Source: Octopus vulgaris
Lineage: Eukaryota
DNA: 64,000 nucleotides
Assembly (NCBI GenBank): GCA_951406725.2
Contig: OX597842.1
Coordinates: forward strand, 2,480,001-2,544,000
Reading direction: 5' to 3'
Shown piece by piece: positions 56,479 to 64,000 of this stretch. Numbering within the stretch: position 1 is the stretch's first letter; each line of letters starts with the position of its first letter. Below the pieces are notes generated by a model. That model was not told the DNA's origin, ran no database searches, and saw nothing but the letters and a program-made list of their open reading frames with translations. The position numbers and the translations under genes are program-made.

Positions 56479-56782
56479 ATCATCATCATCATCATCATCG
56501 TTTAACGTCCGTTTTCCGCGCTAGCACAGGTTGGACGGTTTCGACCGGGGTCTGGGGAGCCAGGGGCTGCCCCAGGCTCCAGTCTGGTCTGGCAGTGTTT
56601 CTACAGCTGGATGCCCTTCCTAACGCCAACCACTCCGCGAGTGTAGTGGGTGCTTTTTACGTGCCACCTGCACGGGTGCCAGAGGGGTCTGGCATCGGCC
56701 ACGGTTGGTTGGTGCTTTTTATGTGCCACCTGCACAGAAGCCAGTCGGGGCGGTGCTGGCATCGGCCACGTTCGGATGGTGG
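56479..56782 (-). mobile_element. Family C element
   Basis: Homologous to 33268-33740. Confidence 0.82.
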
Positions 56783-56809
<27 letters not shown>

Positions 56810-56813
<4 letters not shown>

Positions 56814-57016
56814 TAATGTGACCGCATGTGTACCGTTGGCGATTTTAATTTCCTCTGTCTTCCCTTCTCTGGATCTTTCCTTCTCCTATGTTTCCGACGA
56901 AGAGCTCTGCTCGAAACGTTAAACCCTCCTTCTTTCCTGAGCGTCCAATAATCCTATATTTGTTCCACGTTCTCGCATTGTTGTGTTTTTCTGTGCTTTC
57001 TTGTTTGGATTAACTA
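56810..57016 (+). mobile_element. Penelope-like terminal fragment between (TA)n tracts
   Basis: CCGACGAAGAGCTCTGCTCGAAACGTT; similar layout to 36640-36810. Confidence 0.5.
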
Positions 57017-57129
57017 TATATATATATATATGTGTGTATATATTACACATATACTTATCATATCCATTACAAAATAGCACCAAAGCAAATATGATGTAAT
57101 ATGAATGACTCTTATAAATAGCATCTCTT

Positions 57130-57560
57130 CTTATTCCAATTCTTATTCTTTTGTTGTTCTTCTTCTTCTCCTTCTGCTTCTCCCTCTTCTTCTCCTTCTT
57201 CTTCTCCCTCTTCTTCTCCTCCTTCCAATTCTTCTTCTTTTTCTTATTTTCTTCTTCTTCTTCTTCTTCTTCTTCTTCTTCTTCCAATTCTTTTTCTTTT
57301 TCTTCTTCTTCCAATTCTTCTCCCTCTTCTTCTCCTTCTTCCAATTCTTCTTCTTCTTTTTCTTCTTCTTCTTCATCTTCTTCTCCTCATCCTTCTTCCT
57401 CCTCTTCTTCATCTTCATCTTCATCTTCTTCTTCTTCTTCCAATTCTTCTTCTTCTTCTTCTTCTTCTTCTTCTTCTTCTCCTTCTTCCAATTCTTCTTC
57501 TCCTTCCTCTTCATTCCATTCTTCTCCTCCTCCCTTACCACCACCACCACCTCCTCCTCC
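57130..57560 (-). repeat. (TTC)n tract punctuated by CCAATT
   Basis: Direct reading; reverse complement of the 52870-53330 pattern. Confidence 0.9.
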
Positions 57561-57770
57561 ACCACAACATCAACAGGAAAGGCAAAACGTAGAATTTTGC
57601 GGATGATTTTGCTTTCGGTCCAGCTTCCATTTCCCTCATCTCTTTGATGTGCCAATGAATTAATCTCCGAGCGATGTCGTAACCCCAGCCTCCCTCCTTC
57701 CCTCCCACCCACCCTGCAACCCCTACGGTACTCCTGGTTTCAATATCGACTCTATTAGTTTGTCTTTAGA

Positions 57771-57782
57771 CCACTAGGTGGC
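57771..57782 (+). promoter_or_regulatory. Candidate CTCF site
   Basis: CCACTAGGTGGC matches the CTCF core CCASYAGRKGGC; motif only. Confidence 0.4.
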
Positions 57783-58034
57783 TTCCTGTCCTCTTTGCTG
57801 CTTCTTCTTTCTTTCTTTCTTTCTTTTTCTTTGTATTTTTGTGGGTTTTTTTCCGTTTTTCCTTCTTTTGTTATCTTCTGGAATCAAGCTCTTATGTAGC
57901 GTAATGTTTAATCAACTGGAAATATATTAGGGGTGGGTGGGCAGTTGGGAAGGGTGTGGGATGGAGGTGGGAGAGCAACATTGGAAAGGTTGTTGGAAGA
58001 GAGGGTGTGCGAGTTGTGGATAAAGGAGATTTAG

Positions 58035-58692
58035 AATATGAGAGAGAGAGAGAGATGGAGAGAGAGACAGAGAGAGGGTGTGATGAAACGGAGAGAGAGT
58101 AAAAGAAAGGTTTGATGAAAGAGAGAGAGAGAGAGAGATGGAGAGAGAGACAGAGAGAGGGTGTGATGAAATAGAGAGAGAGTAAAAGAAAGGTTTGATG
58201 AAAAAGAGAAAGAGAGAGAATGGTTTGATGAAACAAAAGGAGAGAGTGCAAAAGGTTTGATTAGAGAGAAAGGTTTCATAGAACAATAGAGAGAGAGAGA
58301 GAGCGAGAGAGGTGGGGCAAAAGGTTTGGTGAAAGTGAGAGAGAAAGAATTCATGAAACAATAGATGGATAGATAGATAGATAGATAAAAAAAGATAGAG
58401 AGATAGAGATAGATAGATAGATAGATAGAAAGAAAGAAAGAAAGACAAAGAGATAGAGAGAGAGATAGCTAGATAGAAGGATAAAGAGATAGATGGATGG
58501 ACAGAGAGAGAGACAGACAGACAGAGAGATAGATGGATAGATATATATAGAGAGAGAGAGATTGAAGGATAAAGAGATAGACGGACGGACGGACAGACAG
58601 ACAGACGGATAGGCAGATAGATTTATTGATAGATAGAGAAAGAGAGATAGATAGATAGGTAAATAGACAGATATATAGATAGATAGAGATAG

Positions 58693-58736
<44 letters not shown>

Positions 58737-59060
58737 CAAAAAGTTTGATGAAAGAGAGAAAGAGAGAGAGAGACAGGGTTGGTGAAATGAACAGAGAGAG
58801 AGAGAGAACAGTTTGATGAAAGAAAGAGAGAGTGAGAGAGAGCGAAAGGTTTGATGAAAGAGAGGAAGAGAGAGAGAGAGAGAGAGCAACAGGGTTGACA
58901 AAACCCAAAGGTTTGATGAAGGAGAAAGTGAGAGAAGGAGGGAAAGCTTTGATGGAAAACAGAGAGAGGTTAGGTTAGTGAAAGAAAGAGAATGTGAGGG
59001 GGGTGTAGGAGAGAGGAGAAGGGAAGGTTGGTGAAAGAGAGGGATTTGTAAAGGAGTGTG
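58035..59060. repeat. (GA)n/(GATA)n tract with recurring AAGGTTTGATGAAA motif
   Basis: Direct reading. Confidence 0.9.
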
Positions 59061-59170
59061 TAGGAGAGAGGCAGAGTTTGGGGAGGGGAGGTTGAATATT
59101 TGTGGGGAAAGAAAGAGAGCGGGTAGGAGAGGGGGTAGAATATTAGAGAGAGATATGTTTTATAGTGGGC

Positions 59171-59358
59171 TAGGTGCAGGCGTGGCTATGTGGTAAGTAG
59201 CTTGTTTACCAACCACATGGTTCCAGGTTCAATCCTACTGTGTGGCACCATGGGCAAGTGTCTTCTACTATACCCTCAGGCTGACCAAAGCCTTGTGAGT
59301 GGATTTGGCAGACCGAAACTGAAAAGAAGCCCATCGTGTATATCTATATGTACATATA

Positions 59359-59403
<45 letters not shown>

Positions 59404-59980
59404 TCATCATCATCATCGTTTAACATCCGCTTTCCTTGCTAGCATGTGTTGGACGGTTTGACTAGGGGCTGGCGAACCAGATGACTGCACCAGGCTCCAA
59501 TCTTGATCTGGCAGAGTTTCTACAGCTGGATGCCCTTCCTAACGTCAACCATTCCGAGAGTAGTGGGTGCTTTTATGTGCCACCGGCGAGAGGGCCAGTC
59601 AGGCGGTACTGGCAACGGCCATGCTCAAGTGGTGTTTTTTATGTGCCACCTGCACAGGAGCCAGTCCGGTGGACCTGGCAACGACCTCGCTCGAATGTCT
59701 TTTCATATGCCACCGGCACAGAAGCCAGTAAGCTGCTCATATATATACATATATATATATATGTGTGTGTGTTTGTGTTTGTCCCCCCACCACACCATCA
59801 TTTGTCAACCGATGTTGGTGTGTTTATGTCCCTGTAACTTAATGGTTCAGGAAAAAACACCGATTGAATAAATCATAGGCTTACAAAGAATAAGTACTAG
59901 AGTCAATTTGTTTGACTAGAAAAAATGTGTCAAGGCAGTGCTCCAGTATGGCCGCAGTCAAATGACTGCAACAATTAAAA
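59171..59980 (+). mobile_element. SINE A interrupted by a family C element (59400-59735, minus)
   Basis: Head 59171-59340, body 59760-59980. Confidence 0.8.
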
Positions 59981-60059
59981 CAACTGAGCACAGACGGAGA
60001 AGCAGGCCAACAAACATCTTTCCTTCTCCATCATCATCATCTTCATATCATGCCTGCAA

Positions 60060-61615
60060 AGGCAAGTGGTCGGGGTATTTGGCTCCCAATCATAAGGTCA
60101 TAAGTTCAATACCTGACCACGCACTGTGTTCTTGAGCAAGACACTTTATTTCACCTTACTCCATTCCACTCAGCTGGCAAATATGAGTTGTAGCTGTATT
60201 TCAAAGGGGCCAGCCTTAACACGTTCTTTGTCATGCTGAATCTCCCTCAGAACTACATTAAGGGTGCGTGTGTCTGTGGAGCGCTCAGCCACTTGCATGT
60301 TAATTTTATGTGCTGGCCATTCCATTGATTGAACCAACTGGAACATTTGTCAACATAACTGACAAAGTGTAGTGTCCTTGAGCAAGATACTTCATTTCAC
60401 TTTGCTGCAGTCCATTCAGCTCTGCTGGCAAAAATGAATAGTATAGGTGCAGGAGTGGCTGTGTGGTAAGTAGCTTGCTTACCAACTACATGGCTCCGGG
60501 TTCAGTCCCACTGCGTGACACCTTGGGCAAGTGTCTTCTACTATAGCCCCGGGCCGACCAAAGCCTTGTGAGTGGATTTGGTAGATGGAAACTGAAAGAA
60601 GCCTGTTGTGTATATGTATATATATGTGTGTGTTTGTGTTTGTCCCCACCAACATTGCTTGACAGCCGATACTGGTGTGTTTATGTCCCCGTAACTTAGC
60701 AGTTTAGCAAAAGCAACTGATAGAATAAGTACTAGGCTTACAAAGAATAAGTCGTGGGGTCAATATGCTTGACTAAAGATGGTGCTCCAGCATGGCTGCA
60801 GTCAAATGACTGAAACAAGTAAAAGAGTAAAGAGTACCTGAAATTCAAATGGCCGGCCTTGTCATATTCTGTCACACTGAATCATCATCATCATTTAATA
60901 TCCATTGTCCATGCTGGCATGGGTTGGTCTATATATATTTATTTCCTTATTGCCCACAAGGGACTAAACACAGAGAGGACAAACAAGGACAGACAAAGGG
61001 ATTAAGATGATTACATCAACCCCAGTGCGTAACTGGTACTTATTTAATTTACCCCAAAAGGATGAAAGGCAAAGATGACCTTGGTGGAATTTGAACTCAG
61101 AACATAAAGACAGACGAAATACTGTTAAGCATTTCGCCCGGAGTGCTAGCAATTCTGCCAGCTTGCCACCCTGTATATACTGTTGCCAAAGGTGCCATGC
61201 TGTGAGACTAAACTTGAAAACACATGGTTGCAATGCAGGCTTCTTAACCAAATGGCTATGCCTCTCTCTGAGAACAACGTTAAGCATATGCATGCCTGTG
61301 GAGTGCTCAACCACTTACACATTAATTTCACAAGCTGGCTGTTCTGCCGATCAGATCAACTGGAACCCCCATCGTTGTATATGACAGAGTATCAGTATAC
61401 CATGCCCATCTCTATTCGTGAATATTTTCCTATATTCTCCTATAGGTGCAGGAGTGGCTGTGTGGTAAATAGCTTACTTACAAACAACATGGTTCCAGGT
61501 TCAGTCCCACCGCGTGGCATCTTGGGCAAGTGTCTTCTACTATAGTCTTGGGCCAACCAAAGCCTTGTGAGTGGATTTGGTAGACGGAAACTGAAAGAAG
61601 CCCGTCATATCTATG

Positions 61616-61646
<31 letters not shown>

Positions 61647-62508
61647 GTGTGTGTGTGTTTGTGTCTGTGTTTGTCCCCCCAACATGGCTTGACAACTGAT
61701 GCTTGTGTGTTTACATCCCTGTAACTTAGCAGTCCGGCAAAAGAGAATGATAAAATAAGTACTAGGCTTACAAAGAATAAGTCCTGGGGTCGATTCGCTC
61801 GAGTAAAAAAGGCGGTGCTCCAGCATGGCCGCAGTGAAATGACTGAAACAAGTAAAGGAGTAAAAGAGTATTCAAGCCCACATTCCCCTGCTGCCGCCTC
61901 CTTTTCTAACCTCCACACCCATTTAATTCCCCAGTGAGGTAAAAAGTGCTGATAGGATATAGTAGGTACAGTCGCACTGCATAGTACCTTGGGTGAGTGT
62001 CCTCTACTATAGGCTCAAAATCTTGTCAGTGGATTTGTTAGATGGAAACTGAAAGAAGCCCATCGTGTGTGTGTGTGCCTCGCATTATTGCTTGACCAAT
62101 CAATGTTGGTGTGTTTACCTTCCCGTAACTTAGCAGTTCAGCAAAGTGACTGATAGAATGGGTTAGGGTTAGTATTTTAAAACTATTAAATACTGGGGAT
62201 GAATAGACCCAAGTAAAAATTCTTCCAGGTGATGCTCCGGCTTGGCCACAGTCTAATGACTGAAACAAGTAAAAGATATATATATGTGTATGTATGTGTG
62301 TGTGTGTACATGATTATTTCATATTTATATACATATAAATATTGGCACAGGAGTGGCTGTGTGGTAAGAAGGTTGCTTACCAACCACATGGTTCCGGGTT
62401 CAGTCCCACTGCATGGCACCTTGGGCGAGTGTCTTATACTATAGCCTCGGGCCAACCAAAGCCTTGTGAGTGGATTTGGTAGACGGAAACTGAAAGAAGC
62501 CTGTTGTA

Positions 62509-62563
<55 letters not shown>

Positions 62564-62756
62564 TTGTGTATGTCCCCCCAACATCGCTTGATAACCGATG
62601 CTGGTGTGTTTACATCCCCGTAGCTTAGCGATTCGGCAAAAGAGACTGATAGAATAAGTACCAGGCTTACAAGGAATAAGTTCTGGGGTTGATGTGCTCA
62701 ACAAAAGACAGTGCTCCAGCATGGCTGCAGTCAAATCACTGAAACAAGTAAAAGAT
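60060..62756 (+). mobile_element. SINE cluster: D (60060-60440), A (60443-60835, 61442-61870, 61960-62277, 62344-62756), B (60940-61170, minus)
   Basis: Consensus matches. Confidence 0.85.
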
Positions 62757-62861
62757 TATATACACTTGCATGTCATTGTACATACATAAACACAACAGAG
62801 AAAATCATACACACTCAATACCCCTCCTCTCTGTACAACCAAATTTCTTCTCCATTACAGT

Positions 62862-62955
<94 letters not shown>

Positions 62956-63049
62956 GGGAGGAGTGAGACAGGGCACTGAAACACCTCCTTCCCCACTCTG
63001 TGCTTGCAGCTTGCTTCCTGTAATTATCCTCCTTCCCCCCATCACATTC

Positions 63050-63510
63050 TCACCCCATCACCAACCACCATCAGCACAATCACCACCATCACCAGTGCAG
63101 CCACCAGCATCATCACTATAGCTACCATCACCACTACCACCACCCACCGCTGTTACCATCACTAGTACCTGTGCCACTTTCACACACCATTACCACCACC
63201 ACCACCCTCCCACCACTACCACTCTTGCACACCACCACCACCACCACTCTTGCACACTACCACCACTACCTCTCTTGCACACCACCACTACCATCACCAC
63301 CACCACTCTACCACCACCCTACCACTACCATCACCACCACCACTCTTGCACACCACCACCACTCTTGCACACCACCACCACCACTGCCATCACCACCACC
63401 ACCACCACTCTTGCACACCAACACCACTACCATCACCACCACCACCACTACCACACCACCACCACTCTTGCACACTACCACCACTACCACTCTTGCACAC
63501 CACCACCACC
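63050..63510. repeat. (CAC)n tract with ~8 copies of CTCTTGCACA
   Basis: Direct reading. Confidence 0.9.
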
Positions 63511-63539
63511 ATTTTTTGTTCTTTAATTCCAAGCCATCA

Positions 63540-63800
63540 GTCGAGTGAGCATCGGCCCTGCTGCCGTGTAGACACAACACAAATTTAAAACAATCATCCT
63601 CATGCAAATTGTCTTGTCATTTATCGCTTGGAAACATTGCAGCTATTTCCCCAAAGACCCAGTTCCGGAACAGAATGGAACACTTGCCGGAAGTCATGTG
63701 ACTTTCATAGCAGGAAGTGCGCTAACCTGTCTTGCATGCAGCCAATGGGCTGACGAAGGGAAACCGCCGCCTGGATGCTCGACCTGTTACAAATTGCTGT
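63540..63800. promoter_or_regulatory. Candidate promoter/enhancer motif cluster
   Basis: ATGCAAAT 63602, TTCCGGAA 63663, CCGGAAGT 63687, GTCATGTGAC 63693, CAGGAAGT 63711, CCAAT 63742. Confidence 0.4.
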
Positions 63801-64000
63801 TAAATCTTTTGGGATTTTTAAATTGTATGTTCAAGCGTGGCTGTGTGGTTTAAGACGTTTGGCTTGTGACCAAGTGGTTCCAGGTTCAATACCACCAGAT
63901 GGCTGTGGACCTGAGGAAAATTGTCAAATGTATGTACATGTGTACATATACATACACTCTCTTCACTCTCTCTTTTACTCTTTTACTTGTTTCAGTCATT

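Noticed and set aside
57105-57712. Lys-rich, Phe-rich and Ser-rich ORFs
   Set aside because: Translation artefacts of the (TTC)n tract.
58100-59040. CRISPR-like repeat-spacer appearance
   Set aside because: Repeat only ~14 nt and degenerate, spacers are GA microsatellite of variable length, no cas genes, eukaryotic context.

Overview
Eukaryotic, extremely repeat-rich, apparently non-coding DNA, either a large intron or an intergenic region. The mix of (TA)n/(CA)n/(GATA)n/(CAT)n/(GGT)n/(GAA)n microsatellites and several very abundant tRNA-derived SINE families strongly suggests a coleoid cephalopod, most likely Octopus (inference from repeat content). No host protein-coding gene can be supported. 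Almost all ORFs in the track are simple-repeat artefacts, and the only recognisable proteins are decayed transposon products: mariner DD34D and maT-like transposases, and CR1, RTE and L1/Tx1 LINE ORF2 C-termini. The SINE labels A-D below are my working names. The most notable observations are: (1) a SINE whose 3' tail matches a local L1/Tx1 LINE, including a 4-mer inserted with a single target-site duplication (TSD); (2) both Tx1 copies sit inside microsatellites; (3) two insertions copied from nearby DNA inside one nested mariner/SINE; (4) a head-to-tail LTR-like dimer with a 5-bp TSD; (5) hammerhead-like cores in Penelope-like fragments; (6) short unique islands rich in TCF, homeodomain, ETS and CTCF motifs, which may be enhancers. 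I see no convincing novel gene system. Coordinates of decayed repeats are approximate.
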